A stretch of DNA of 64,000 bases from an uncultured Bacteroidia bacterium (GCA_943787465.1 CALSMN010000003.1:65093-129092), one strand, 5' to 3'. Counted from the first letter of the stretch, positions 25,938 through 37,502 are shown. Numbers and translations are program-made. The notes: generated by a model not told the origin, from the sequence alone.

Positions 25938-27670
25938 TTAATAAAATGAAGGTTCTTGCTAATCAAACCAATTCAAAATCAGAACCCATTGATCCCGTTG
26001 TAGATGTGGTAGAGATTAGAGTTGAAGATACAGTTAACAAGGGAACGGTTATTCAAACCATTCAAAGTAATTTAGGTGATCAATCCAACTCAGAAACAGG
26101 GTTTACGGCATATGCGGGATTGGTTTCTAAAGATCAAGTGAACTATAAGACCTATCAAGCAAGTTCTTCAAAAGATACAAGTTCATGTATTATTAAAACT
26201 TTTGATGGAGAAACTAAAGAAGCTTCAGCATCCTATTGGGGATTATTTTTATTGGCATTTTTATCAGGTCTTGCAGCTTTACTAACGCCATGTGTTTTTC
26301 CCATGATACCTATGACGGTTTCTTTTTTTATGAAAGATGGAAGTAAATCAAAAGCGATTCGAAATGGATTTATATATGGGTTAAGTATTGTAGGAATTTA
26401 TGTATTTATTGGAACATTAGTTGCTATTTTGGCTGGTCCAGCAGCAGCAAATTGGTTGTCTACACATTGGTTACCGAATGTTTTTTTCTTTTTAATATTT
26501 GTCATTTTTGCAGCTTCATTTTTTGGAGCATTTGAAATTGTACTGCCCAGTTGGTTGGTTAATAAAGCTGATCAACAGGCAGATAAAGGAGGATTAGTGG
26601 GTATTTTTTTTATGGCGTTTACCATTGTGCTTGTTTCATTTTCTTGCACTGGTCCAATTGTGGGTAGTATCCTTGTTCAATCTGCAGGTGGAGCCTTCAT
26701 TCGGCCATTAATGGGGATGTTGGGATTCTCACTTGCCTTTGCAATTCCTTTTGCTTTGTTCGCTATTTTCCCCAACTGGCTCAATAGTCTTCCAGCCTCT
26801 GGAGGCTGGCTAAATTCAGTTAAGGTGGTGCTTGGATTTGTAGAATTGGCTTTGGGTCTAAAATTTTTAAGTGTAGCTGACCAGACCTATCATTGGGGTA
26901 TTTTGGATCGAGAGATCTACTTGGGACTTTGGATCGTTATCTTCATTTTGATGGGGCTGTATTTGTTGGGTAAGCTGAAATTTTCTCATGATAGTGACAT
27001 GCCATTTATAAAAGTACCACGTTTACTATTTGCGATAGCAACTTTTTCTTTTGTAGCATATCTTATTCCTGGTTTATTTGGGGCACCCCTAAAGTCACTT
27101 GCGGGTTATCTTCCCCCAATGAGTACGCATGATTTTAATCTTATGGAACAAGAAAACGATCATTCAGTTTACTTTGCCGGAGTTAAACCCTTATATGAAG
27201 AAAAACTTCACCTGCCTGACGGTTTACGAGGCTACTTTGATTATGAACAAGGAATGGAAGTTGCACGTACTGTAGGAAGACCTGTGTTTCTAGATTTTAC
27301 GGGACATGGTTGTGTAAACTGCAGAGAAATGGAGGCTAGGGTATGGTCAGATGAAAAAGTACATGAGCTACTTCAAGAAGAGTATGTGGTGATATCCCTT
27401 TATGTTGATGAAAAAACAATTGAATTGCCTGAGTCAGAATGGTTTTATAATAGAAAAGGTAGGCTTATAAAAACTCTGGCTAAAAAGAATAGTACAATAC
27501 AAGAGTGCTATTTCGATGCCAATGCCCAGCCCCAATATGCATTACTCGATAATCAAGGAAATCTCCTACAGCCCACCAAAACGTATGATTTGGATGTTGA
27601 GGGTTATATTGATTTTTTAGAAAAAGGGTTGACAGAATATCAGAAAAGAATGGATAAATTAAAAAACTAA
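25907..27670 (+). CDS. dsbD: Thiol:disulfide interchange protein DsbD, transmembrane (beta) and C-terminal thioredoxin-like (gamma) domains
   Basis: [10 protein letters not shown] and FSCTGP in the TM core. The C-terminal GHGCVNC fits a thioredoxin-like CxxC. Confidence 0.75.
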   Translation: MCVLFDYEFVINKMKVLANQTNSKSEPIDPVVDVVEIRVEDTVNKGTVIQTIQSNLGDQSNSETGFTAYAGLVSKDQVNYKTYQASSSKDTSSCIIKTFDGETKEASASYWGLFLLAFLSGLAALLTPCVFPMIPMTVSFFMKDGSKSKAIRNGFIYGLSIVGIYVFIGTLVAILAGPAAANWLSTHWLPNVFFFLIFVIFAASFFGAFEIVLPSWLVNKADQQADKGGLVGIFFMAFTIVLVSFSCTGPIVGSILVQSAGGAFIRPLMGMLGFSLAFAIPFALFAIFPNWLNSLPASGGWLNSVKVVLGFVELALGLKFLSVADQTYHWGILDREIYLGLWIVIFILMGLYLLGKLKFSHDSDMPFIKVPRLLFAIATFSFVAYLIPGLFGAPLKSLAGYLPPMSTHDFNLMEQENDHSVYFAGVKPLYEEKLHLPDGLRGYFDYEQGMEVARTVGRPVFLDFTGHGCVNCREMEARVWSDEKVHELLQEEYVVISLYVDEKTIELPESEWFYNRKGRLIKTLAKKNSTIQECYFDANAQPQYALLDNQGNLLQPTKTYDLDVEGYIDFLEKGLTEYQKRMDKLKN

Positions 27671-27671
27671 T

Positions 27672-28235
27672 ATGAGTATTCAAGAACATTTCATAGAAGC
27701 ACAAGAAGTTTTAGCGGCTTTTTTAGCTAATCCAAAAAATTTTGAAGCTATTGAAAAAGCAGGTAATATTTTAGTATCTTGTGTTCAGAATGAGGGTAAA
27801 ATATTAAGTTGTGGAAATGGTGGTAGCCTGTGCGATGCAATGCATTTTGCAGAGGAACTTACTGGGCGATATAGGGATAATAGACCTGCAATAGGAGCCA
27901 TAGCTATAAGTGACGCAAGTCACATGGCATGTGTGGGCAATGATTATGGCTATGAATATGTTTTTTCACGATATATCGAAGGTGTTGGAAGAAGGGGTGA
28001 TGTTCTCTTGGCTATCAGCACGAGTGGTCACAGTAAAAATGTAATTCATGCAATAAAAGCAGCTAGAGATAAAGGGATGAAAGTTATTGGTTTGACAGGT
28101 AAGGATGGAGGTGAAATGGCAAATTTATGTGATGTAGAGATAAGAGCTCCTCACAGTAATTATGCAGATAGAGCTCAAGAAATTCATATTAAAGTAATTC
28201 ATTCTTTGATCGATTATATCGAGAAGAACATCTAG
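27672..28235 (+). CDS. gmhA: SIS-domain phosphoheptose isomerase (D-sedoheptulose 7-phosphate isomerase)
   Basis: [16 protein letters not shown], a STSG region and a size of 187 aa. Confidence 0.8.
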   Translation: MSIQEHFIEAQEVLAAFLANPKNFEAIEKAGNILVSCVQNEGKILSCGNGGSLCDAMHFAEELTGRYRDNRPAIGAIAISDASHMACVGNDYGYEYVFSRYIEGVGRRGDVLLAISTSGHSKNVIHAIKAARDKGMKVIGLTGKDGGEMANLCDVEIRAPHSNYADRAQEIHIKVIHSLIDYIEKNI

Positions 28236-28236
28236 A

Positions 28237-28878
28237 TTAAATCTTGTAACGAAGATACTTGATTTTTTTCCCCTCTTTCAACCACATTTTTTCATAAAAT
28301 GTTTGGATATTCGCTAAATATTCAGGTATTTCTGCCCACTGATATATGTCATCACTATCGGCTATAACTTCTAAATTTTGTTCATAGATTACAGATTTGG
28401 TATAGTCATAAAATCGAGTAGAGTCACTTTTTAAATTCATAATTGCATCGGTTGAAGCAATAGTTCTGTAGCGATCTAAAAACATGGGATTAGTGAGTCG
28501 TTTTCTTTCTTTTGCATGTTGTGGATCAGGAAAAGTAATCCAGAATTCATCAATTTCACCGGGGGCAAAAAAATCTTCAATATTACCAATCATAATTCGA
28601 TGGAAGGCTACATTATTCAATTGGTGTTCTAACGCATATTTTGCTCCTTTCCAGATCCTATTTCCTTTAATATCTACGCCAATAAAATTTCGTTCAGGAA
28701 ATCGTTCAGCTAATCCAATGGTGTATTCTCCTTTTCCGCAGGCTAGTTCAAGAGTAATTGGGTTATTATTTTTAAAAACGGTTGATTTCCATTGTCCTTT
28801 CAATTCTGTTGCGCTCTCAAAACAGTTGCCGAAAGCACTCACTTCAGCAAATTTTTGTAATTTTCCTATCTTTCCCAC
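28237..28878 (-). CDS. trmB: tRNA (guanine46-N7)-methyltransferase
   Basis: LELACGKGEY ... FPDPQHAKERKRL. Confidence 0.85.
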   Translation of the reverse strand: MGKIGKLQKFAEVSAFGNCFESATELKGQWKSTVFKNNNPITLELACGKGEYTIGLAERFPERNFIGVDIKGNRIWKGAKYALEHQLNNVAFHRIMIGNIEDFFAPGEIDEFWITFPDPQHAKERKRLTNPMFLDRYRTIASTDAIMNLKSDSTRFYDYTKSVIYEQNLEVIADSDDIYQWAEIPEYLANIQTFYEKMWLKEGKKIKYLRYKI

Positions 28879-28887
28879 CGTGCAAAT

Positions 28888-29895
28888 TTAATAGGCTTGT
28901 CGAATTACTTTTCCCGTTTCTGTATAGTAGATTTTGGGGACTATTTTTAACGTTTTAGGTGCGTGATATAGAGGTAGCTTTTTATGAATCATGGATAGTA
29001 TATGTGAATGAGTTTGCTGAATTTCATTTTCGATGATTAGAATTGGTACTTCGCCATATTGGTGATTTTTTGCTTTTGCGACATAAAATAAATTGGGAAT
29101 ATTTAAGCTACTGAATAGTTCAGAAATAAGAGGTTCGATTTCTGTTGGATGGATCTTTATTCCGCCGCTATTTATGACATCGTCAGACCTTCCTAGGATT
29201 CGAAATCCTTTCTGTATTGGGGTTGCAAAATCATTTGTTTTAACGTGAAGTGATAGTTTGGGTAGGTAAATTTCCAAGGTATCAGAAAAATTCAATGTAA
29301 CGTCTGGTAAAGGGGTAAGATAGTTTTCTTTAAGCGTGAGATTTTGTAGTGCAATATGGCTCGCTGTTTCAGTCATACCATAAGTAAACCAGAGTTGAGT
29401 GGATGGTAAGTGTAGGTTATGGAAATAGGATAACGGTCGATTTAAAGTCCCCCCACCCAGAAGGATGTGTTGAAATAGAGATAGTTTTTCTGGGGTATGG
29501 ATTATCAAATTTTGAAATTGAGCAGGTGTCAGCGATGTTAGGGTAAAATTTTCTTCGACTTTCTCCTTAAAAGGAGATTGGGACGGATTAAAAAAATGAA
29601 TATCACAGTTCCAAATCAACGCACGAATCAATTGCATGAACCCACTCGTTTTATCAACCGGTAAGCAGCAAGCAATTTTTTGGGGAGTAAGCTTTAGTCG
29701 ATTTCGTGTAGCATGAGCACTCCAAATTAGAAGATTTCTGGAAAGTTTAATTTTCTTGGGTTTGCCTGTAGTACCAGAAGTCATTATCTCAAATTCTGAT
29801 GTACCACTGACCCATTTTTTTATAATATCTTCCACTAAATTACATTGACTGAAATCAGCAGAATAAAAAAATCTGAATGTGTTCATGGAATCCAA
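28888..29895 (-). CDS. AMP-binding enzyme, short o-succinylbenzoate-CoA ligase (MenE)-like
   Basis: TSGTTGKPK AMP-binding P-loop and an approximately 335-aa short adenylating-enzyme layout. Confidence 0.55.
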   Translation of the reverse strand: MDSMNTFRFFYSADFSQCNLVEDIIKKWVSGTSEFEIMTSGTTGKPKKIKLSRNLLIWSAHATRNRLKLTPQKIACCLPVDKTSGFMQLIRALIWNCDIHFFNPSQSPFKEKVEENFTLTSLTPAQFQNLIIHTPEKLSLFQHILLGGGTLNRPLSYFHNLHLPSTQLWFTYGMTETASHIALQNLTLKENYLTPLPDVTLNFSDTLEIYLPKLSLHVKTNDFATPIQKGFRILGRSDDVINSGGIKIHPTEIEPLISELFSSLNIPNLFYVAKAKNHQYGEVPILIIENEIQQTHSHILSMIHKKLPLYHAPKTLKIVPKIYYTETGKVIRQAY

Positions 29896-30018
29896 AATTC
29901 AGGTCAAAAATACAAGAGATCTACCCTATAATGAGCATAGGATATTGAATATTTTAAGCATAATATGTAAGGCCGACTATAAATTAGTAAATTCGCGTTC
30001 TAATTTATTAAAATTACT

Positions 30019-32001
30019 ATGACTAAAATTAAGTTTATCTTTATTACCCTTTGTACTATATCTATTTTCCATAGAGCTAGTGCTCAAAATTCAACGATAA
30101 CTCCGATAGAAACCTTATCAAATGGTGCAGACGCTTTCCCCATTTTCAGTTACGGAGATAAGTTTGTATATAGTGATGAGTTCATGCGCGTTTTTAATAA
30201 AAACAAACAAGGAGATGCAATTCCAACCCAACAAGAGATAGAAGAATATTTAGATTTATATATCAAATTCAAACTAAAAGTTGAACAGGCTTATCGTTTA
30301 AAAATGGATACCCTGCCAAGTTTTATTAAGGAACTAGCCGGTTATAGAAAACAATTAGCCCAACCTTACTTAACCGACAAAACAGTAACCGATCGGTTAA
30401 TAAATGAAGCCTATGAACGAAGTATTTCTGAGGTAAGAGCTAGTCATTTATTGATCAACTGTTCCTCGGACGCTAAACCACAAGACACGCTTAAGGCTTA
30501 TCAAAAAATTATGGGTTTACGTTCTAGAATACAGAAAGGGGGAGATTTTAAAAGTCTGGCCGAAGAATTTTCGGAAGATCCTTCAGCTAAAACAAATCGT
30601 GGTGATTTAGGCTATTTTACAGCTTTTCAAATGATTTATCCTTTTGAAAATGCAGCCTTTCAAACACCTGTGGGTCAAGTTAGCAGGCCTATTCGAACTC
30701 AATTTGGCTACCATTTGGTATTTGTAGAAGATAGAAGACCTGCTCAGGGGGATATCAAAGTGGCCCATATTATGATAAAGTATTACAATCCTGCACAGAT
30801 CGATAGTACAAAAGAGCGAATTGAAGCAGTTTACACAAAACTTCAGGATGGAGCAGATTGGAATACGCTAGTTCTAGAATTTTCAGAAGATTTTAATACA
30901 AATAATCAGGGAGGGGAACTGAGTTGGATTAATAGAACGACACCCAATATTCCTATTGAGTTTAAGGATGTTGCCTACACGCTAAAAACAGATGGGGATA
31001 TCAGTAAACCTATTAAAACTCGCTTTGGATGGCACATCGTAAAACGACTCGAAAGCAAACCACTTCCGACTTTAAATGATAGTCGAGAAATAATAAGAAG
31101 AAAGGTAGAACGAGATAGTAGAAGTGAATTGAATAAAGATGTTGTTGTAGCTAGAATTAAAAATGAAAATAATTTTCGTGAATTAGCAGGCATAAAAGCC
31201 GTAAAAGACTCTTTTACAGATTTGCTTTTAGAGGGGAAATACCGCAAACAGAAAGGGAAAGGAATAGTGCTTTTAACAATTGGTGATCGTGAATATACTG
31301 ACGATTATTTTTTCGGTTATGTAGCAACCAATCAAAACAAATCCAACAAATCATTATCCAACACAGTTCAAGATTACTATGATGATTTTATCAAACGCGT
31401 AAACCTAGATTATGAAGAAGGGTTGCTTGAACAAAAATATGAGGACTTTAAGAATATCATGCAAGAATACAAAGATGGGATATTACTTTTTGAATTAACT
31501 GACAAAAAAGTGTGGTCCAAAGCCATCAAAGATTCATCAGGATTAGCCTTATTTTATTCAAAAAATATAGACAATTACATGTGGAAAGAACGATTAGATG
31601 CATCAATATATAGTTGTGTAGATAAAAAGTCTGCAAAGCGAGCCATGAAACTGGCTAAAAAAGGCAAATCTTCTGGAGAAATTTTATCAAAATGTAACAT
31701 GGACAATGCCATTGCGGTAACAGTAGAATCTACAAAATTTGAGAGAAACAGTAAGCCTATTTTAGACCAAATCAATTGGGAAAAAGGGGTTCAGAAATTA
31801 GCGGATGAAAATGAGAGGTTCAAGTTTGTGGTCATCCATGAAGTTCTCCCACCTACACAAAAACTTTTGGATGAAAATAGAGGTATAGTTACCTCTGATT
31901 ATCAAAACTATCTCGAAAAAAAATGGATAGAACAGCTGAATACACTATTCCCAGTACAGCTTTTTGAGAATAATATTTCTCGTTTATATTCAAATCCATA
32001 A
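30019..32001 (+). CDS. SurA-like periplasmic peptidyl-prolyl cis-trans isomerase with two parvulin (PpiC) domains
   Basis: Signal peptide. Two parvulin signatures: GDLGYF ... FGYHLVFVEDRR and GGELSW ... FGWHIVKRL. Confidence 0.8.
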   Translation: MTKIKFIFITLCTISIFHRASAQNSTITPIETLSNGADAFPIFSYGDKFVYSDEFMRVFNKNKQGDAIPTQQEIEEYLDLYIKFKLKVEQAYRLKMDTLPSFIKELAGYRKQLAQPYLTDKTVTDRLINEAYERSISEVRASHLLINCSSDAKPQDTLKAYQKIMGLRSRIQKGGDFKSLAEEFSEDPSAKTNRGDLGYFTAFQMIYPFENAAFQTPVGQVSRPIRTQFGYHLVFVEDRRPAQGDIKVAHIMIKYYNPAQIDSTKERIEAVYTKLQDGADWNTLVLEFSEDFNTNNQGGELSWINRTTPNIPIEFKDVAYTLKTDGDISKPIKTRFGWHIVKRLESKPLPTLNDSREIIRRKVERDSRSELNKDVVVARIKNENNFRELAGIKAVKDSFTDLLLEGKYRKQKGKGIVLLTIGDREYTDDYFFGYVATNQNKSNKSLSNTVQDYYDDFIKRVNLDYEEGLLEQKYEDFKNIMQEYKDGILLFELTDKKVWSKAIKDSSGLALFYSKNIDNYMWKERLDASIYSCVDKKSAKRAMKLAKKGKSSGEILSKCNMDNAIAVTVESTKFERNSKPILDQINWEKGVQKLADENERFKFVVIHEVLPPTQKLLDENRGIVTSDYQNYLEKKWIEQLNTLFPVQLFENNISRLYSNP

Positions 32002-32835
32002 GTGCTTAAAAATACGCTAAAAATAGTATCCCTACTTATACTCTTTGCCTGTGAGACAAAAACTCCAGATGAGGTTGTGGCTAGAGTTTATGACAAAACA
32101 CTTTACAAAAAAGATATAGCCCCTTTTATTATGCAAGGGGCCTCTTATGAAGACAGTTTGTTCTACACCAAAGAGTTTATAAATTTATGGGTCACAAAAC
32201 AGGTGCTACTTTATGAAGCCAATGTGCAATTGTCGGTTCAACAAAAGGACAAATCTAAAGAGTTAGAAGATTATAAAAACGATTTATTGATTTATGAACT
32301 CATGAGCAAGTTGACAACAGAGCAATTGGATACTGTTGTCAATGATCAAGAATTATTATTGTATTATGAGGAAAACATAGAAGAATTTGATTTGACTCAA
32401 AATATCATTAAACTGCATTTTTATAAAATTCCTTCAAATTCAGAAAATATAGATTTACTATGGAATAGCTTTGAGAATGACGATGAAACGGTTTACCCAA
32501 CACTGCTTATGTTATCAAAAAATGGGGGTAATTACTTTGATAAAGGCAATACATGGGTCTCTTTCGACGATATATTGAAAGAAATCCCAATACAAACCTA
32601 TAATCAAGAACATTATTTAAATAACCACAAGTATGTTAGAATACAGGATACTAACTTCGATTATTTTCTGAAAATTAATGATTTTAGAACGAGAAGTGCA
32701 TCAACACCATTCTCCATAGTAAAACAAAATATAAAAGAACTAATTTTGATGAAAAGACAACAAGAGCAAAAAGCGAGCATAGAGTCAGATTTGATTAAAC
32801 AAGCACACCAAAACAAAAAAATTCAACTATTTTGA
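32002..32835 (+). CDS. Hypothetical lipoprotein with a SurA N-terminal chaperone-like domain
   Basis: Lipobox LLILFAC. It sits between two PPIase genes, and its stop overlaps the next start. Confidence 0.4.
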   Translation: MLKNTLKIVSLLILFACETKTPDEVVARVYDKTLYKKDIAPFIMQGASYEDSLFYTKEFINLWVTKQVLLYEANVQLSVQQKDKSKELEDYKNDLLIYELMSKLTTEQLDTVVNDQELLLYYEENIEEFDLTQNIIKLHFYKIPSNSENIDLLWNSFENDDETVYPTLLMLSKNGGNYFDKGNTWVSFDDILKEIPIQTYNQEHYLNNHKYVRIQDTNFDYFLKINDFRTRSASTPFSIVKQNIKELILMKRQQEQKASIESDLIKQAHQNKKIQLF

Positions 32836-34178
32836 AAAAACTAATAATCATTGTATTTCTACTTTCTAGTTTTCAGAGTATCTCTCAAACTCAACCAATA
32901 CTAGATGAAATTGTTGCGGTAGTGGGTAATCACATTATTTTACGTTCAGATCTTGAAGCTGAATATACACAAGCAAAAACTGAAATGTCTTTTTATGATG
33001 GGGATTTAAAATGCGAAATTCTCAACCAATTGATTATACAAAAATTATATCTTCATAAAGGCGAGAGGGATAGTATCTATTCTAGCCCTGAAATGGTAGA
33101 TTCAGAATTAGATCGACGTATAAAATACTATGCCTCTCAAATTGGAGGAGAAGCAAGACTTGAACAGTATCTTGGGATGTCGATAGATGAATATAAAAGA
33201 AGACGAAGACCAGAAATTGAAAATCAGCAAGTTTCTCAAAAAGTTCAACAGTCATTAGTCTCAGATATAAAAGCCTCACCCACAGATGTTCGTAAGTTTT
33301 TTGCAAGCATACCCTCAGATAGTCTGCCCCATTTTGGAGAAGAGGTTGAATTAGGACTTATTGCAATGAAACCCAAGCCAAGTCCATATGCAAAAGAGTA
33401 TGCTCTAGAAAAAATCCAAAAAGTTCGTTCTGATATTATTCGAGGATTATATTCATTTGATTTTGCTGCCAAGAGTAATAGTGATGATAAAGGTACAGCG
33501 GTTAATGGGGGAGAGTTAGGCTATTTTTCAAGAGGTCAAATGGTTGGCGCATTCGAAAGAGTGGCATTCAAATTGAAAGGAGATTCTATATCAGAGGTGA
33601 TAGAGACTCCCTATGGATATCATATTATTCAACTTATCGATCGTAAAGGGGAAAAAGTAAATGCTAGACATATTCTAATAAAACCCCTCATTGTTAACAG
33701 TGATTTATTAGCGTTAAAAGAAGAAATGAATCAACTGATTGATGGACTAAAATCAGACAGTTTATCCATGTGCAAAGTAGCCTCAGAACGTAGTGAGGAT
33801 ATGTATACCAAAGATAATTGTGGTTTTTATGCTGACCAAACGACCGGATCTCAACAAATATCAGTAGAAATGTTAGATCCTTTAATTGCTGCTAAAATTA
33901 GTACTCTCCGAATTGGAAGCTACAGTAAACCAGAACAATATCAAGATATAGATGGTACAACAGGGTATCGTTTTTTATATCTAAGAAATCTAGTACCTGC
34001 TCATAAAGCCAATTTAAAAGATGACTATCAAAAAATTCAGGCATTGGCACTTGATAAGAAAAAAGAAGATACTATACAAAAATGGGTGAATGAATATAAA
34101 TCTAATGTATATGTAAAGATAGATGAAAAGTATGCTGATTGCACTGAATTGGCAACTTGGAAAGGTCTAGAAAACTAA
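32832..34178 (+). CDS. Peptidyl-prolyl cis-trans isomerase, SurA-like with parvulin domains
   Basis: GGELGYFSRGQMVGAFERVAF ... YGYHIIQL PpiC domain, and an N-terminal SurA_N-like region. Confidence 0.8.
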   Translation: MKKLIIIVFLLSSFQSISQTQPILDEIVAVVGNHIILRSDLEAEYTQAKTEMSFYDGDLKCEILNQLIIQKLYLHKGERDSIYSSPEMVDSELDRRIKYYASQIGGEARLEQYLGMSIDEYKRRRRPEIENQQVSQKVQQSLVSDIKASPTDVRKFFASIPSDSLPHFGEEVELGLIAMKPKPSPYAKEYALEKIQKVRSDIIRGLYSFDFAAKSNSDDKGTAVNGGELGYFSRGQMVGAFERVAFKLKGDSISEVIETPYGYHIIQLIDRKGEKVNARHILIKPLIVNSDLLALKEEMNQLIDGLKSDSLSMCKVASERSEDMYTKDNCGFYADQTTGSQQISVEMLDPLIAAKISTLRIGSYSKPEQYQDIDGTTGYRFLYLRNLVPAHKANLKDDYQKIQALALDKKKEDTIQKWVNEYKSNVYVKIDEKYADCTELATWKGLEN

Positions 34179-35146
34179 TGATGATTGATTTTAATAACGA
34201 TAAGCATGCTGCAGATAGTTTAGTGACAAAAGTCCATGAACTTAAACGAGAAATTGGAAAGACAATTATTGGTCAAGATGATGTAATCAATGGATTAATT
34301 ATTAGCATATTATCTAATGGTCATGCTCTTTTAATTGGGGTCCCAGGATTAGCTAAAACATTATTAATAAAAACCATAAGCGAGGCATTAGATCTAAGTT
34401 TCAATCGAATCCAATTTACGCCAGATTTAATGCCTAGTGACATTATTGGCTCCGAAATATTAGATGATTCTAAGCAATTCAAATTTAACAAAGGGCCTGT
34501 ATTCGCTAATATTGTTCTTGCTGACGAAATCAATAGAACACCGCCTAAAACTCAAGCAGCATTATTAGAAGCTATGCAGGAGAAGAGTGTAACCGTCTCA
34601 GGAACGAATTATGCCCTTGATCTTCCTTTTTTTGTACTTGCAACACAAAATCCTATCGAGCAAGAAGGGACGTATCCGCTTCCAGAGGCTCAATTGGATC
34701 GATTTATGTTTAGCATGGTTCTGGATTACCCTAGCTTAGAGGAAGAAATTAATATTGTGAAAGCCACCACTTCAAATCAAAGCGTTTCTATAAATCCTAT
34801 ATTAAATCAATCTGAAATAGTAGCCTTCCAAGCACTTATAAAGAAAGTACCTGTGACAGATCATGTATACGAATATGCAGTATCTCTCGTAGCAAAAACC
34901 AGAGCTAAGCGGGATATGGCCCCCGATTTAATTAACGAATATATTGAATACGGAGCAGGTCCACGTGCCTCACAATATCTAATTATAGGGGCAAAAGCAC
35001 ATGCGATAATTCAGGGCAAATATTCGCCAGATATTGCCGATGTTCAAGCTGTGGCTAAAATGGTCTTGAGGCATAGGTTGGTAAGAAATTATAAAGCAGA
35101 ATCACACGGAATTTCTACTGACGAAATAATTGAACGCATCTATTAA
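34157..35146 (+). CDS. MoxR-family AAA+ ATPase
   Basis: Walker A GVPGLAKT, Walker B LADEINR, and AAA_3 / AAA lid regions. Confidence 0.9.
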   Translation: MERSRKLMMIDFNNDKHAADSLVTKVHELKREIGKTIIGQDDVINGLIISILSNGHALLIGVPGLAKTLLIKTISEALDLSFNRIQFTPDLMPSDIIGSEILDDSKQFKFNKGPVFANIVLADEINRTPPKTQAALLEAMQEKSVTVSGTNYALDLPFFVLATQNPIEQEGTYPLPEAQLDRFMFSMVLDYPSLEEEINIVKATTSNQSVSINPILNQSEIVAFQALIKKVPVTDHVYEYAVSLVAKTRAKRDMAPDLINEYIEYGAGPRASQYLIIGAKAHAIIQGKYSPDIADVQAVAKMVLRHRLVRNYKAESHGISTDEIIERIY

Positions 35147-35148
35147 AA

Positions 35149-36501
35149 GTGATATTTTCGATTGTAGATATTGAAACTACAGGGGGGTCTCATGGGAACC
35201 GAATCACAGAAATCGCAGCTGTAAAAACGGATGGTATCCGAGTACTAGATTCATTTGAAACACTTATTAATCCAGGAATTTTCATCCCCAAATCAATTAC
35301 TTTGCTTACTGGAATTACGAATGAAATGGTTAAAAATGCGCCAGTATTTGATGAAATTTCATCTAAATTCTTGAATTTTTTGGAAGGAACCATTTTTGTT
35401 GCTCATAATGTTAGTTTTGATTATAGTATTATCAAAAATCATTTTGAAGATGTGGCGATCCCGTTCAACTATAAAAAATTATGTACGGTACGTTTATCCA
35501 GATCTATTATGCCTAATCATCCATCTTATTCGTTGGGGAAATTGTGTCGTGCATTGGGTATACAAAACAATAATCGACATCGAGCTATGGGTGATGCAGA
35601 GGCTACCACAAAGCTATTTCACTTATTGTATACAAAAGATCTAGAATTTATACAACACTCATTAAACCAATTAAGTAGAGAATCTATATTGCCTCCCCAT
35701 TTACCTAAATCAGAATTTGAAGCTATGCCAAATACAACTGGGGTCTATTATCTATTGGGGGATAAGATGGAAATATTATACATTGGGAAAGCTAAAGATA
35801 TGAAGAAAAGAATAGTTTCTCACTTCACAGAAACTACTCGAAAAAAGAGTGAATTATTACGTAAAATACATCATGTGAGTTACATCGAAACGGGTAACGA
35901 ATTGATAGCCTTACTCCTAGAAAGTGACGAAATTAAAAAGCATTACCCACCCTATAATAAGATGCAAAAACAAAAAAATAATGATTATTGTGTTTGCTAT
36001 TATGAGGGTCAAGATGGGATATTACGAATTGATATTTTTTTAAAAAAATATCAAAAAAACACGATGCAAAGCTTTAGCTCAATGACAATGGCTAAAGATT
36101 ATTTGTACATGCTTGTTGAGAAAAATAAATTATGTCCAAAATATACGGGCTTGGAACGAACAAAAGGGGCATGCTATTTGGGAGATATATGTCACTTGTG
36201 TTCTGAGAAAGAAACGATCAAATCCTACAATTTACGTGTTTTAAATTCAGCCCAAAAAAAAGAGATGAATCAATGGATCGTTGGTCCAGGAAGATCAATA
36301 GACGAAAAAGGAGTGGTTAAAATACAAAAAGGCATTTATGCTGGTTTTGGATATGTAAATACAGAAATAAACATTACGGAAGAAGAAATGGACGCTTGTA
36401 TTATTGCATATAAAACCAATACGGATACCCGAAGAATTTTGGAAGGATTCTTAAACAATCCAATACCCAAAGCTTATCAATTGATAAAGACTAAAAACTA
36501 A
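35149..36501 (+). CDS. DnaQ-like 3-prime-to-5-prime exonuclease domain fused to a GIY-YIG nuclease domain
   Basis: Exo I DIETTG, Exo II AHNVSFD and Exo III H....GDA. Then the GIY-YIG segment GVYYLLGDKMEILYIGKAKDMKKRI. Confidence 0.75.
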   Translation: MIFSIVDIETTGGSHGNRITEIAAVKTDGIRVLDSFETLINPGIFIPKSITLLTGITNEMVKNAPVFDEISSKFLNFLEGTIFVAHNVSFDYSIIKNHFEDVAIPFNYKKLCTVRLSRSIMPNHPSYSLGKLCRALGIQNNNRHRAMGDAEATTKLFHLLYTKDLEFIQHSLNQLSRESILPPHLPKSEFEAMPNTTGVYYLLGDKMEILYIGKAKDMKKRIVSHFTETTRKKSELLRKIHHVSYIETGNELIALLLESDEIKKHYPPYNKMQKQKNNDYCVCYYEGQDGILRIDIFLKKYQKNTMQSFSSMTMAKDYLYMLVEKNKLCPKYTGLERTKGACYLGDICHLCSEKETIKSYNLRVLNSAQKKEMNQWIVGPGRSIDEKGVVKIQKGIYAGFGYVNTEINITEEEMDACIIAYKTNTDTRRILEGFLNNPIPKAYQLIKTKN

Positions 36502-36509
36502 GTATATCT

Positions 36510-37502
36510 TTACACAGCCATTAGACTACAACCTCTAAGGTCAGAAATATCAAGTCGGCCAGTAACCTCAAATCGACCATCAGTATATACCTTCCCCAAA
36601 TCATCAGTAGCTATAAAACAACAACTGTGGATATTTGCTAAATCAATAATATTGAGAGCAGCAGTATGGCCATTGGCAGAATGACTGAAGGGATCATTAT
36701 CTTTTCGAGGCAATACTCTCATCCAAGGGGGACATGTATAAATGTGATTCTCGTCGGAATATGCTTGACTTAATAATTCTGTCATTCCATATTCTGAGAA
36801 AATCGATGATTCTTTGAATGATAATTGAAGTTTCTGGTATAGGTCAAGTTTAGTAATTTCTTTTACTCTGCCCTTCATCCCGCCTGTTTCAATTATGGTT
36901 AAATCAGGGAATTGTACGGAATGAATTTTAGCAAAATCAAGAAGTGCAAAGCTTACACCAAATAATAACTTTTTTCGAGAAGTAGATGCCATTGCCTCAA
37001 TTAGTGATTCAAAATCATCTAAATAAAAGTGATGGGACTGTTTATTATGTTCCATCAGGAACTGAACCATATCTACTAGCGATGAATTTCCTCGTTCCAA
37101 ATAACTGGGTAGAAGCCCAAAAATTTCATAGGAAGAAATCTTACCTAATTTATCCTCAATGATTTGCAAGGAATTAGTATGATATAAATCCAGATCTTTA
37201 ATAGCATGTTTTGAGGGGGTAGATCCGGTAGTGGTGCTGCTTTCAAACGTGTGTTCAGGAACAAAACTTCCAGTCACAACGTGATGTGTCTTGAAAAAGG
37301 AAATGGGTAAAAAAGGAATTTGTTCAAAATGATGTATAGTATGGGGTGGTTGATTGATTAATTCCAGATATTTGGCATATACAACATTATTTTTGGCTTG
37401 ATATTGAAATATATTTAAAGCAATGTCGTTAAAATTGTGATTTTTAACGGACCATATGTCTCGAATATTAATAAACTCCATGTACGCCTCAAAAGTAATC
37501 AC
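36510..37502 (-). CDS. LuxE-like acyl-protein synthetase / acyltransferase family protein
   Basis: N-terminal IFQYQAKNNVVYAKYL resembles the LuxE family signature. Assigned by pattern recall only. Confidence 0.45.
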   Translation of the reverse strand: MITFEAYMEFINIRDIWSVKNHNFNDIALNIFQYQAKNNVVYAKYLELINQPPHTIHHFEQIPFLPISFFKTHHVVTGSFVPEHTFESSTTTGSTPSKHAIKDLDLYHTNSLQIIEDKLGKISSYEIFGLLPSYLERGNSSLVDMVQFLMEHNKQSHHFYLDDFESLIEAMASTSRKKLLFGVSFALLDFAKIHSVQFPDLTIIETGGMKGRVKEITKLDLYQKLQLSFKESSIFSEYGMTELLSQAYSDENHIYTCPPWMRVLPRKDNDPFSHSANGHTAALNIIDLANIHSCCFIATDDLGKVYTDGRFEVTGRLDISDLRGCSLMAV

